DNA of 64,000 nucleotides from Hormiphora californensis (taxonomy: Eukaryota > Animalia > Ctenophora): contig CM035362.1 of assembly GCA_020137815.1 (NCBI GenBank), forward strand, positions 558,001 through 622,000, in the 5' to 3' direction. Below, piece after piece: positions 1 to 48,700 of the stretch (the first letter of the stretch is position 1; each line of letters opens with the position of its first letter). Below the pieces are notes generated by a model. That model was not told the origin of the DNA and did no database searches. It worked only from the letters and a program-made list of their open reading frames with translations. A program made the position numbers and the translations under genes.

Positions 1-121
1 TATATGTTTGTTGATTTTTTGATAAATCGAGTTTTAGAACTGTCAAATCTTTGTTTGCTTTAATTCTGAACAATATATTTTACAGAGCTGGTCAGTATAT
101 TTTACAACTAACAATTTACAG

Positions 122-27771
<27,650 letters not shown>

Positions 27772-28886
27772 ACACACAAAACAGACTTTAATTATAATTT
27801 AACAATTTGATATCAGATCAATATCATGAGAATGTACCCAAATATTTATTGCACGGTAGGTTTTTTGTTTATGTTACAGAGCGAAACTTGGTAAGTGACA
27901 CTTTTTACCGCTTGTTATTGTTAATTTGTATTCATGTACATACATTTGTATTTAGTTTATTCTCCTTATGTATGTGTTTTTAATTTTTTTCACGGCCCGG
28001 CTGTCCGTTTGGAATTAAATTTAATATTACTCGGGACGGCGCGATTTGTTCTAAACTGCACTGCAAATATTAACGCGCGTGACGAGCCAGCATGTGCTGT
28101 GCGCGTCGCAAAGTCCAGGCGTAAAAAATCAAACCTGCTTTTTTTTACAAATTTTCAGGGCGACGTTAAAATCTGGGTGTTTGGTTACGCGCAAATCCAG
28201 AATTTACGCCGCGCACGCGCGCGCGTGGTTTTTTTCGCTCGGAGAAAATCACAGCTCGAATCAGTTCAAATTTTTGAACTGAAACTTTTTCAAAAAAGAG
28301 AAAAAGAGAAAAAGTCGAGGAAAATCCGAAAAACAGGCTTTGAGGGTTAAAATAAAGAACAATAACGATGGTTGTTGATGGGCTTAAAAAGGAATGTGTT
28401 TAGATAAGTTTAAGTTTAAGTTTAAGTTTAAGTTTACGCACAATTTATCACAAAGTCACACAATTAATATATAACTTCGTCCCGCTCTTACACCATACAC
28501 TAATAAAGTGATACAAGGCTGAGAGGTGAATATATACAGTTCACATCAGCGGTTTCCTAAAGCGGTTTAAACAATACTTAGAGACAGTGATACACATCCT
28601 AGTAGCATTAGATGCACAAAATACGAGGAACAAGGGGTTATAGAAAACAAGGTAACGAACTAACAAAACAAGCAGACAAACATAAAAACAGATTAAACAG
28701 AATACACAAAGTCACAGACGCAAAACACAACATCAGCAGTCAATACAAAACGGTTAATACAAAAACATACTAACACACGTACAAACACATTCACAGACAA
28801 ACAGACAATCACAAACACATACACACAGATTCGGTAATAAATAAATAATAAATTAGCTGTCCTTCAAACACACACTCACTGAAGAG

Positions 28887-29073
28887 TCCTTGACAAGTTT
28901 TTTATCGAGAAAAACATATTGAGAAAAACGGTATCCTTGACAAGTTTTTTATCGAGAAAAACGTATTGAGAAAAACGGTATCCTTGACAAGTTTTTTATC
29001 GAGAAAAACGTATTGAGAAAAACGGTATCCTTGACAAGTTTTTTATCGAGAAAAACGTATTGAGAAAAACGGT
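28887..29073. repeat. 47-bp tandem repeat, four copies
   Basis: TCCTTGACAAGTTTTTTATCGAGAAAAACGTATTGAGAAAAACGGTA is repeated four times. Confidence 0.9.
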
Positions 29074-29329
29074 GTGTATGGTCTTCTTTCTTCATTCTTC
29101 GGCATAAAACTCAGCCAGTCTGGAACCTCAGCTACTCAAACTCTGCTAAACAACTCAGAGGCCAGAAAATGTTAACAATTTACACAAAATGCACACTTGA
29201 AAATATTAACTCAATGACTCAGTCATAGGTGGTCCCTCTACTAAGTCTCAGGTAGATGTAGGAAGGAATGGTGTAGAAAGTAGGAAGGGATGTAGGAAGG
29301 AATATAGGAAGGAATGGTGCAGAGTAGAG

Positions 29330-29960
29330 ACAGTAGGTCAGGTGGGATGTAAGGAAGCTGGAGAGAGGGTCTGGAAGAAGAGACAGCACCTAGGACACGG
29401 GAAACCCAGGAACGAACCAGGTAAGGACAGGGAGGCAGACTATTTAGTTCCATGGAGCTGCAGGAAGAAATGATGTAGGATTGAGAAAGCAGGTCATAGG
29501 TGGGATATAGGGGAGCTGGAGTGTGGGTCTGGAAATAGGGCGTGGTGGCAATGGTAGCGAGAGACAGCAGACAGGACACGAGAACCTAGGTACGAACCAG
29601 GTAAGGACAGGGAGGTAGACTATTTAGTTCCAGGAAGAAATGATATAGGATTGTGTCAGCAGGTCATAGGTGGGATATAAGGGAGCTGGAGTGTGGGTCT
29701 GGAAGTAGGGCGTGATGGCAGTGATCGCGAGAGACAGCAGACAGGACACGAGAGCCCAGGAGCGAACCATGTAAGGACAGGGAGGCAGACTATTTAGTTC
29801 CAGGAAGGAATGATGTAGGATTTAGACAGCAGGTCATAGGTGGGATATAAGGGAGCTGGAGTGTGGGTCTGGAAGTAGGGTAGTGGTGGCAGTGATAGCG
29901 AGAGACAGCAGACAGGACACGGGAACCCAGGAACGAACCAGGTAAGGCCAAGGGAGGGAT
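29330..29960. repeat. 170-180-bp diverged tandem repeat, about 3.5 copies
   Basis: GTAAGGACAGGGAGG(C/T)AGACTATTTAGTTCCA at 29421, 29601 and 29771, with a partial copy at 29942. Confidence 0.85.
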
Positions 29961-30791
29961 CTATTTCCCAAAAGTTGTGAAACAGGATCAGATTTAGAAC
30001 CGCATGCAAGGAATATTATAGGCAGGGAATAATGAGGCGTTTATGTGCGGAGCTGGAGCCTGGGGGAAAACAACAGATTTACTGTGAAGTTAACTGGACT
30101 GGGTGCCCAGGAAATGATGCAGGTAGATTTGTGCCGGGAAGATGGTGCGGTACTGATATAATGCCGAGTGAGGTTTATTCAGGTCCATAAGCCAAAGTAA
30201 ACATATGGGTTTTCAAGGCCTTTTTAAACATCGGCAAGGTTTCTGTGGTTCGAATTTCTTTAGGTAGGCGATTCCAGATCCTCGGAGCAGCTATACTAAA
30301 AGCTCTCTCAGTGGTTTTGTAGTTGTAGTTACTGTGTACCTCTTCCAGTCTTGTCGTGTCACAATCGACTCTTAAACTCATCGGTTTTTGTTTCCGTCTT
30401 TGTAGCATTTCTGATATGTATCCAGGCGTCCCATTATTCAGGGATTTGTATACCATCATACAGATCTTATATTTTATTCTGTGTCTAACAGGTAGGAAGT
30501 GGGATTTTTTCCGTAGATCTGTTACACCACGTCTGCTACGTTTACCATGGACAAAGCGAGTGGCAGAGTTCTGTAGCTTCTGAAAACGAGGGTTTTGACC
30601 AGAAACGTCCAAATTGTGTGATAAAAGTGTGACAAACTTACAAAATTACTAGACTTGATCGCTTACGCCTTACCGGTGCCAATCGCCTAGTAAGAAATAA
30701 GGACTGTTAAAGAGATAATTAAAGCCTTATTCTAACGATCAAAGTATCGTTCATGGTCTGGATCACTCATCACGGTATGGATCATGGTCTC

Positions 30792-31098
30792 CAGGGGCGG
30801 TGCGCGGCTTTCACCCGCTCTGGTCAAAATGCGGCCGAAACATTTTTAACTCGCGCGTTCCGTCGAAATACCCAATGCGGACGATCCGCATTGGCTATTT
30901 TGACGTAGCGCACCGATCAAAAAATACTGCGACGGCAAAAAAACCTGTGTGGCGCGCGGATTTCACTAAAAATCTCATTTGAAACATCAAATTTGGAGAA
31001 AAATTGACCCTTTTCCTTGAATTTTTTCTTTTTCTCTCCGTGATCCAAAGTAAAAATGCGGACGCGTCCGCATCGTCCGCATGGCAGAGCCGCCCCTG
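30792..31098. mobile_element. hAT-type MITE (307 bp)
   Basis: TIR CAGGGGCGG...CCGCCCCTG with a perfect 8-bp TSD ATGGTCTC (30784-91 and 31099-106). Confidence 0.9.
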
Positions 31099-31115
31099 AT
31101 GGTCTCCATTATGGT

Positions 31116-33040
31116 CTATGACTATGACTATGACTATGACTATGACTATGACTATGACTATGACTATGACTATGACTATGAATATGACTATGACTATGAC
31201 TATGACTATGACTATGACTATGACTATGACTATGACTATGACTATGACTATGACTATGACTATGACTATGACTATGACTATGACTATGACTATGACTATG
31301 ACTATGACTATGACTATGACTATGACTATGACTATGACTATGACTATGACTATGACTATGACTATGACTATGACTATGACTATGACTATGACTATGACTA
31401 TGACTATGACTATGACTATGACTATGACTATGACTATGACTATGACTATGACTATGACTATGGTCTGTCATGGTCTGTCATGGTCTGTCATGGTCTGTCA
31501 TGGTCTGTCATGGTCTGTCATGGTCTGTCATGGTCTGTCATGGTCTGTCATGGTCTGTCATGGTCTGTCATGGTCTGTCATGGTCTGTCATGGTCTGTCA
31601 TGGTCTGTCATGGTCTGTCATGGTCTGTCATGGTCTGTCATGGTCTGTCATGGTCTGTCATGGTCTGTCATGGTCTGTCATGGTCTGTCATGGTCTGTCA
31701 TGGTCTGTCATGGTCTGTCATGGTCTGTCATGGTCTGTCATGGTCTGTCATGGTCTGTCATGGTCTGTCATGGTCTGTCATGGTCTGTCATGGTCTGTCA
31801 TGGTCTGTCATGGTCTGTCATGGTCTGTCATGGTCTGTCATGGTCTGTCATGGTCTGTCATGGTCTGTCATGGTCTGTCATGGTCTGTCATGGTCTGTCA
31901 TGGTCTGTCATGGTCTGTCATGGTCTGTCATGGTCTGTCATGGTCTGTCATGGTCTGTCATGGTCTGTCATGGTCTGTCATGGTCTGTCATGGTCTGTCA
32001 TGGTCTGTCATGGTCTGTCATGGTCTGTCATGGTCTGTCATGGTCTGTCATGGTCTGTCATGGTCTGTCATGGTCTGTCATGGTCTGTCATGGTCTGTCA
32101 TGGTCTGTCATGGTCTGTCATGGTCTGTCATGGTCTGTCATGGTCTGTCATGGTCTGTCATGGTCTGTCATGGTCTGTCATGGTCTGTCATGGTCTGTCA
32201 TGGTCTGTCATGGTCTGTCATGGTCTGTCATGGTCTGTCATGGTCTGTCATGGTCTGTCATGGTCTGTCATGGTCTGTCATGGTCTGTCATGGTCTGTCA
32301 TGGTCTGTCATGGTCTGTCATGGTCTGTCATGGTCTGTCTTGTGATGTCTTGTGATGTCTTGTGATGTCTTGTGATGTCTTGTGATGTCTTGTGATGTCT
32401 TGTGATGTCTTGTGATGTCTTGTGATGTCTTGTGATGTCTTGTGATGTCTTGTGATGTCTTGTGATGTCTTGTGATGTCTTGTGATGTCTTGTGATGTCT
32501 TGTGATGTCTTGTGATGTCTTGTGATGTCTTGTGATGTCTTGTGATGTCTTGTGATGTCTTGTGATGTCTTGTGATGTCTTGTGATGTCTTGTGATGTCT
32601 TGTGATGTCTTGTGATGTCTTGTGATGTCTTGTGATGTCTTGTGATGTCTTGTGATGTCTTGTGATGTCTTGTGATGTCTTGTGATGTCTTTTGATGTCT
32701 TTTGATGTCTTTTGATGTCTTTTGATGTCTTTTGATGTCTTTTGATGTCTTGTGATGTCTTGTGATGTCTTGTGATGTCTTGTGATGTCTTTTGATGTCT
32801 TGTGATGTCTTGTGATGTCTTGTGATGTCTTGTGATGTCTTGTGATATCTTGTGATGTCTTGTGATGTCTTTTGATGTCTTGTGATGTCTTGTGATGTCC
32901 CATGACTCCTCAGAAGACATCATGATACCTGATGAGACATCATGAGACATCATGGAACATCGTGAGATATTTTGAGATATCATGAGACATCATGAGACAT
33001 CACAAGACATCACAAGACATCACACGACATCACAAGACAT
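31116..33040. repeat. Compound satellite (TATGAC)n-(TGGTCTGTCA)n-(TGTGATGTCT)n plus an inverted degenerate tail
   Basis: Blocks at 31116-31460, 31461-32338 and 32339-32898. The tail at 32910-33040 contains AAGACATCAC, the reverse complement of the third unit. Confidence 0.95.
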
Positions 33041-33157
33041 ATCTCATGGTGTCGCCATGTATTGTATTGTCTCATGAAGTTTCATAGTGTCTCATGAAGT
33101 CTCCTGAGAGATGATGAAGTAGGCGGAATGTGTGTGAGAGAAAGAGAAAGAGAGAGT

Positions 33158-33259
<102 letters not shown>

Positions 33260-34379
33260 GAGAGAGAGGACAACTCGTTCTAGATACGCTCGATCGAGTA
33301 GAGAGTAGAGACTCGATATAGAGCGCTCCTCCATATTCTCGCTCGCGAACCTTGCGTGCTCTCGCGAGGTAGCCCTCTCTCTCTCTCGCTCGCTCTCTCG
33401 AGCTCTCCGCTCTCTCGCGGCCGGTGGGGGGATACTCATTTAAAGACATTTTGTAAATGTCAGAAAGAAAGAAGGAAGATAGAAAGGAAACGTGTGATGA
33501 AGAACATAAAATATCTACTGATTTGGTGATTTGGTACACTAAGTTACATTCTGTTGACTTGACGTAACGCGCGGACTGCCTTGAGCTGAGATCAGGCAGG
33601 TTGGTCGCGCGCGAGCTCGCACGCGCCATATGACGTCATTTCGCGCAAACACCCAGATTTTAACGCCGCCCAAATTTTCACTTGGAATGCGCTGCAGCCC
33701 CCTCATGCGCGCACCCCCGCAACGAGGGGACTGGAGGGAATGCCGCGCGCGCGTTTGGCCTGAGCCCGGCTGGGTCGAAAATAACTTTGCGAGCGAAAAA
33801 ACGGCGGTGCTTATAACTTTGGCCCCTGAAGTCCGTTTGACTTGATTTTTTCACTAGCTGTTAGATCTGACAATTATCTACCTTGCTGTTTTTGAGAGGA
33901 GTTAATTGGACTTCAGGAGGCTGAGCAATAACCGTTCAAAGATTGGTTGTTTTCAAAAAGTGACGTCACAGGTCCATGCAGGGACACTTTGTTTCAAATT
34001 TGAATTAAAATCTCGAATTTTTTTATTTTACCGCACTCGATTTTGCGGAGTTTGGTTCATATCTTCTGTTCCTGATAAGATAGAGACCTGCAACCGGTTG
34101 CATTTGAAAGCTGTTATCTTTCTCTTTCCAACGCTACCAAAACGATTTCTGTACCTTATCTGGAACCGGAGATATGATTGATTATGTATTCCCCCCTAGC
34201 GCGGTATTCCCTCCAGGCCCCTTATATTATATTATAAGGGGCCTGCAACGTATGCCAAATTTTCACACTCTTGCCGGACGCCTGCCTCATGCCTGCAGAC
34301 TGTTATACCGTAGATCGCATTAAATGATTTAATGCGATCTACGGATCTGATTTAACTTAAATCAGATTATGCGATGACC

Positions 34380-34658
34380 CTAAAGTCCATTTTTATTCAA
34401 CTGTTCACCCCTCAACTCATGCGCGTGCGATATTTTAATTTACGCTGCGTGCGGTACACGTTAAAGTGCGTTTCAAACGACTTGACCTGAGATTCCTGGA
34501 AATTCAGGATTTCCCCTTTGTAAATACACGCGCAATGCGCCAAATTCCAAGAATTACGGGTCAAGTCGCTTGAAACGGACTTTAACATGTGATAAACGCG
34601 CAAAACAATTCCGCGCACGACTTTGGGGGGTGAACAGTTGGAAAAAAATGGACTTTAG
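34380..34658. mobile_element. Imperfect palindromic MITE upstream of the WIP gene
   Basis: CTAAAGTCCATTTTTATTCAACTGTTCACCCC...GGGGTGAACAGTTGGAAAAAAATGGACTTTAG. Confidence 0.7.
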
Positions 34659-34871
34659 CCTTGGGTTTATCGTCTGATTCACTCTGGGGGTCGCGCCGTG
34701 GGCACGTCGTGCTTGGAAAACGCGAAATTTTTCGGAAGAATGGGCCATAATCCGCTTTGGGCTCCTTCGAGATATTTAACCAACTATTTCACACTTTAGT
34801 TGCATGAGCCACATAACGTAACAATATAGAGAGAGTGTGTGTGAGAGAGAGAGTCGAGAGAAAACACGGGA

Positions 34872-43389
<8,518 letters not shown>

Positions 43390-43597
43390 AGACAATGTTA
43401 TGTTTGTGTGTTTGTGTGGGGTGATACAGTGTGTGTATTAGTGTGTCAATCAATCCCACCCCGTCTTGTATCTTACACACCGTGATTTTATTGTCCCCTC
43501 CTTTTTTGTTAAATACAGGGTGTTACTTTCGTTTGGGTTTACCGCAGAGAGACAGTTGATTGGCCAAAAAGACACCCTGTATAATAATCCTTCTTCA

Positions 43598-43898
43598 CAG
43601 GGGTGTAGGAATAGGGGGGGCGAGGGGGGCGGCCGCCCCCCCACTTTTGGCCAGGTTCGCCCCCTCACTTTTGTCGCCAACAGTCAACACTCACTCCTAA
43701 ATGACGAAATCATGACTTTTTGGCTCAAAACCCTAAAAATTTTCTCGGGCTCCGCTGTCGCTCCGCCCGATGTATAGTAAATGCAATGGAATAGATGGCT
43801 AAATCTTGCTCACAAAACATATTCTTGGGCGCTGGCCAGCGCTGTAATTGGTCACGTGACTTCGCCCCCTCACTTGAAAAATCATTCCTACACCCCTG
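43598..43898. mobile_element. hAT-type MITE (301 bp)
   Basis: TIR CAGGGGTGTAGGAAT...ATTCCTACACCCCTG with an 8-bp TSD CTTCTTCA (43590-97 and 43899-906). Confidence 0.9.
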
Positions 43899-44931
43899 CT
43901 TCTTCATCCGCCAAGAGTGCTCATATTTCACATAAGTCTATCTTTTTTCTATCTTCCCCCTACTGTGAATATATTTTAGATATTTTCGAGACGACTGTAA
44001 GAAAGATGCATTATTATGAGAATCCGATTATTTTTTGCGTGTTTTACGATCTTTTTCGAATATAAATGTGAAGAACAATGGGTGTGAAAAGTGTAATATT
44101 AGAATTAAGGGTCGTGTCACATCTCTCCTCTCTCTCTATTTTTGTATGGACTATACAATAACTAATTTTGATTAGTTTTTAAAGTGTAATGTTTTTAAAG
44201 CGATGATTCTTTTTGGCGAAGCAATTACAAAAAACCGGCTGCGTTTTAATTTGCCCACTCATTTCTCTTTTATTTTCATCTTTCTCTGGGCAATTTCCTC
44301 TTTCTCGCGATGAAAGAATAAAGAGAATGATGAAGGAAGTGCAAGAAAAGACGATACATACGTTGTTATACACATAGCACTGAGTCGCTGTCCACGGCAG
44401 ATTGACGTAGGCGGCGGTGACACTGTTGCTATGAAAGTAGAGTCGATTTAGCGCGCAGGATACAGAGGCCACGCGCTGATGTGATTTTCAAATAAGCGCT
44501 GACAAGCGTCACAGTGTCTGGGGAGGAGGCACATTTAGAACATAGATTGAGGGCTGATCTAAAAAATCCAAAATATAAAATGGTCTGTTAAACATTCTTC
44601 ATAACCTTGAACAACCCCGAGACGTGACTTCAATCAAATCATAACCCAAAACCCGGCCTCTAGACGCAGCAATCACAAACAAACAAACAAACCCGACTGG
44701 AACACTAAGTTCATCGATCACAAATTGCATTTGTAGCCATATTCGGGGATCGAAGTTGTTCAAAATTGTCATATTCTTATTATCTACTGATGCACTGTTG
44801 CAGTGTTCAACTCTGTCTTCATCTTGTACTTATCATCGTGTGAATTGTTTATTGTGCGTACTAGTACAAGCTTGGCATCTCTGTGATTTTCACATTATTC
44901 AGTTTCAAGAGTCTCTGAGATTCCCTCTCTC

Positions 44932-45525
44932 TCAATCTAAAAGTAAGCATGCAGTGCCGGCATCTACTCTGGGAAGTGTCATGTTTGAAATATATCTCCA
45001 CTTGTTCATCCGTGTATCCAACTGTTCCACTGTTTGTAGGGGGGACGATCCCAAAATACCTAGAAATAGGAAGAAATTGAGGGGGAATAGTCACAATTGA
45101 TGTCTCAATCATTGGTCTAGAAAGTAAAATACATATGTTTAATGGTGGGGTGGTGGCCAGATCACACATACCTCCAACAGCGTATAGATTCTGACCGATA
45201 GCCGCCACATCAACGCCAGCTCGCTGTGTACTCATATCAGCTACTGAGGTCCACGTGTCTGTTCTTGGGTCGTACCTATAAACACAGGATTGGGTATCAT
45301 GCTATCACTATTATAAGGTCATGATAGTAGTTAGATGGAAGTAAATGGAGCCCCGAAAGAGAGTCTGAGCTGAACAAGACAACGCACTAACCTCTCGACT
45401 GTAGCTAGAGGTCTGGTTCCATCCAAACCACCAACTGCGTACACTGCACCATTCAGCGCTGCAACCCCCACTGCATACCTGTCAAGATGGTATCAGATGT
45501 CTGTCTGTCTGTCTGTCTGTCTGTA

Positions 45526-45610
<85 letters not shown>

Positions 45611-45696
45611 TTTCTGTCTGTCTGTCTGTCTGTCTGTCTTATGTCTGTCTGTCCTGTCTGTCTGTCTGTTCTGTCTGTCTGTCTGTCTGTCTGTCG

Positions 45697-45739
<43 letters not shown>

Positions 45740-48700
45740 CTGTCCTGTCTGTCTGTCTGTCTGTCTGTCTGCCTACCTGGCTCATCCCGCAATCGGCAGC
45801 ACACAACGCCTACTCTCATGTCTGTCGGTTCTGGTCCGTCGACCCTGTCTGCGCGTCTTCCGCTGCAACCCCACTGCATCCTGTCAAGATGGGTCAATCC
45901 TTTCCACTGTCTGTCTGTCTTCTGCTGTCTGTCCTGTCTGTCTCGCTTCTGCTGACTGTCGTCTGTCTGCCTGTCTGTCTTCCGTCTGTAATGTCTGTCG
46001 TTGTCTTCTCTCTGTATTTAAGCTGTCTTCTGTCAGACTTCTAATCTGACTTTTTTCTGGACTCGGTGTGGTCCATACAAGAATCTTGTCCGTCTGTCTG
46101 ATCGTCTTAGGTCGTGTCTTCTTTGTTGTGTGCCCTGTGAGTCTTGTATTACTTCATGAAAGTTCTATAAACATTTCTTACAAAGCTTTCTAACAACAAG
46201 TCCACTAACCTTGACAGGATCTAACGTCAAACCCTCCTGTAAATATTTAGTATTTAGATATCAGAGATTCTCAAATAACATCATTCTGTACGATAGAGTT
46301 TTAACCTTGTCTAGGGCCGGGTATAATTAATAATAGATCTATCAAATAATTATGGAGACTGGGGCACTGTATTGGTTACAAAGTCATTCCAAGACACTGT
46401 AAAAAGAACTTACCGACTGCAAATATTCGACCATTTAGTGTGGCAGATCCGAGAGCAAAACGGCAGGTTTTCAGATTTGCAATTGGTTCCCAGCTGTTGG
46501 TATTGACATGATAAACCTCACATAGGTTTAGTAGCTTTGTACCTGTAGATGAAGAAATGGTGATCTAAAGATGAAGGGTAGGAAATGTTAAAATGGTGAT
46601 CTGAAGATGGAATCAATTTCAGATCAGATCTCATTAGTAAGTTCATGTGTTGCCACGTTCGATATGAGTCTCATGATCAATCAGTTGATCTCATTTGTAC
46701 GGGAGACAAAACTAATCTGTGAATGAAATGTTTCTTACCATCGAATCCCCCTATTGCGAACATTTTGTCCCCAGAACTGGTGACTCCAGCCCCTCTCCGG
46801 GCTGAAATCATCCTTCCTATATTGGTCCAGGTGTTCCTCTTGGCGTTGTAACACTCCACACTGTCCACTGGGGATATCCCATCGAACCCACCCACCTGGA
46901 GGAGGTGGGGTTAAGTTATAATTAGTTGTGGGTGGAGACCTGCCCAACTAAATCGGGGTGACATAATTTCAGAAAATTGTGGCTTCATCTTTACTACGAT
47001 GGATCTAGGACAGTTCTAGATAATTTGGGAAATGAAAGTTACTGCTATGCGCCAGACCGTTTAATGTTGGGCGCAATGGGATAGGAACTGTTAAGTCGTG
47101 ATCTAAGTCAATGGATCATCATAAATTCATGTTAGATAAGTCTAATGTTGCCAACGTTCGATAGGAGCTCATATTCAATCAGTGTCATTGGCAGGGGACA
47201 ATTTCCAGTCCTTAAGTCGCTCTATATCTACTACTCTAATTGGCTAATTGCCTTCGATAATCGATATTGTTAATGCACTATAGCCATAACTAATCTCCTG
47301 AATGATATATGTTTCTTACCATCGAATCCCCCTATTGCGAACATCTTGTCTCCAGAGCTGGTGACTCCAGCCCCTCTTCGGGCTGAAATCATCCTTCCTA
47401 TGTTGGTCCAGGTGTTCCTCTTGGCGTTGTAACATTCCACACTATCCACTGGCGATATCCCATCGAACCCACCCACCTGGAGGAGGTGGGGTTAAGTTAT
47501 AATTAGTTGTGGGTGGAGACCTGCCCAACTAAATCGGGGTGACATAATTTCAGAAAATAGAGGCTGCATATTTAGACTTTACTACGTGGAATAGGATCTA
47601 GGATAGTTCTAGATGATTTGTGGGAAATGGGAATATAAGGTTTACTCTGTCTGGTGGCGCCAGACCCCGATTTTATTTGGGCCCAGATGGGGTCTCCGGC
47701 GCCAGACAGGGTTCACTGGGATCTAGGAAGATCTGCAAATGTTTCACATCACATACCGCATACAGCTGACCCCGTAGCACAGTCACCCCCACTAGACTCC
47801 TGTTTTTGCGGAGTGGGGCAGCGGAGTACCAGGCATCTGTTGTGGGGTGGTAACACTCAACCTTATCTATAGCATCTGCCATGTTAACATTACTTGCCCC
47901 ACCTACAGGATAAATGCAATTAAACTTCAAACTTTTTAGTTGAAACTTGTTTGTTGTGAGTGGTAGCCGCCAGCCGGTAGGTTTGGTTGTTATCGGCAAA
48001 TGTTCAGCCATAAAGGACAGCTCAGCCGATACAATTACACGTACCGACAACAAAAAGTACATCCCCCGAGGGTAAATCTCCTCCTCCTACATCGTGTGAC
48101 GTCACAGTTTTAGTTCCTCCCGTTCCTTCCACCATCCGGGTTGTCTCCCCCAGTGTCCTGACCAACATCTGCTCTTCGTGGTTGAAGTCAGGCTTCGACT
48201 CAGCAGAGTTGGACCGTCTCTTGAAGGCAGAGATACCTGTAATAAAATATGTGATATAGAAGGGCCTTGAAATGGAATCTGGATTAGATTTGTGTCACCA
48301 TGGCACTATGTTCACTGTTGGACTGAATTTTGAAATCACAAGGTGTCATTAAAATATTACATGGACTGAAATCTGAAATCACATCATTGGCAACAAACAA
48401 ATAATGCTGTTATAGTAGCTGCACCAGCAGTGTTCTAACCTCTTTTATCAATGTTATTCCCAGCTCTATTATTTCCATTCTCTGATCTCTTCCTTCGTCG
48501 ACTGGTGGGACTACTGTGTCTCCGTCGTGTTGTGATGGGGGCGGAGGAAGGGACAAGGGGAACAGGGTGGATTAGAGGAGGGGAGGGGAGAGTCCGGTCT
48601 ATCAAATCCTGCAATGAAGTAAAAAGTGAGGCAATCACCCAGAATCACGATGCGCATTGAGCATGATACCTCTGCAGACAGCCAAGATTCCAGGTAGAGA

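Larger units (their letters stand above)
28405..30590 (-). mobile_element. 5'-truncated L2/CR1-group LINE with a long 3' UTR
   Basis: ORF2 C-terminus KLQNSATRFV...HFLPVRHRIKYKICMMVYKSL...RAFSIAAPRIWNRLP...FKKALKTHMF (30175-30590) is typical of L2. A putative (AAACTT)n tail lies at 28405-28435. The 3' UTR extent is inferred. Confidence 0.8.

Noticed and set aside
27991-28400. CACGG-initiated CMC-like transposon interrupted by the LINE
   Set aside because: It looks TE-like, but no matching opposite TIR or TSD was found in the window.
31081-32983. Long ORFs (YD)n, (MT)n, (VMVCHGLSWS)n and (DITRHHKTSQ)n
   Set aside because: They are stop-free translations of perfect satellites, with no synonymous variation or splice context.
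45775-46300. Novel or pseudogenised Kelch exon
   Set aside because: The sequence is a noisy chimera of the neighbouring exon start and a garbled exon end beside a (TCTG)n tract, so it is most likely unpolished assembly.
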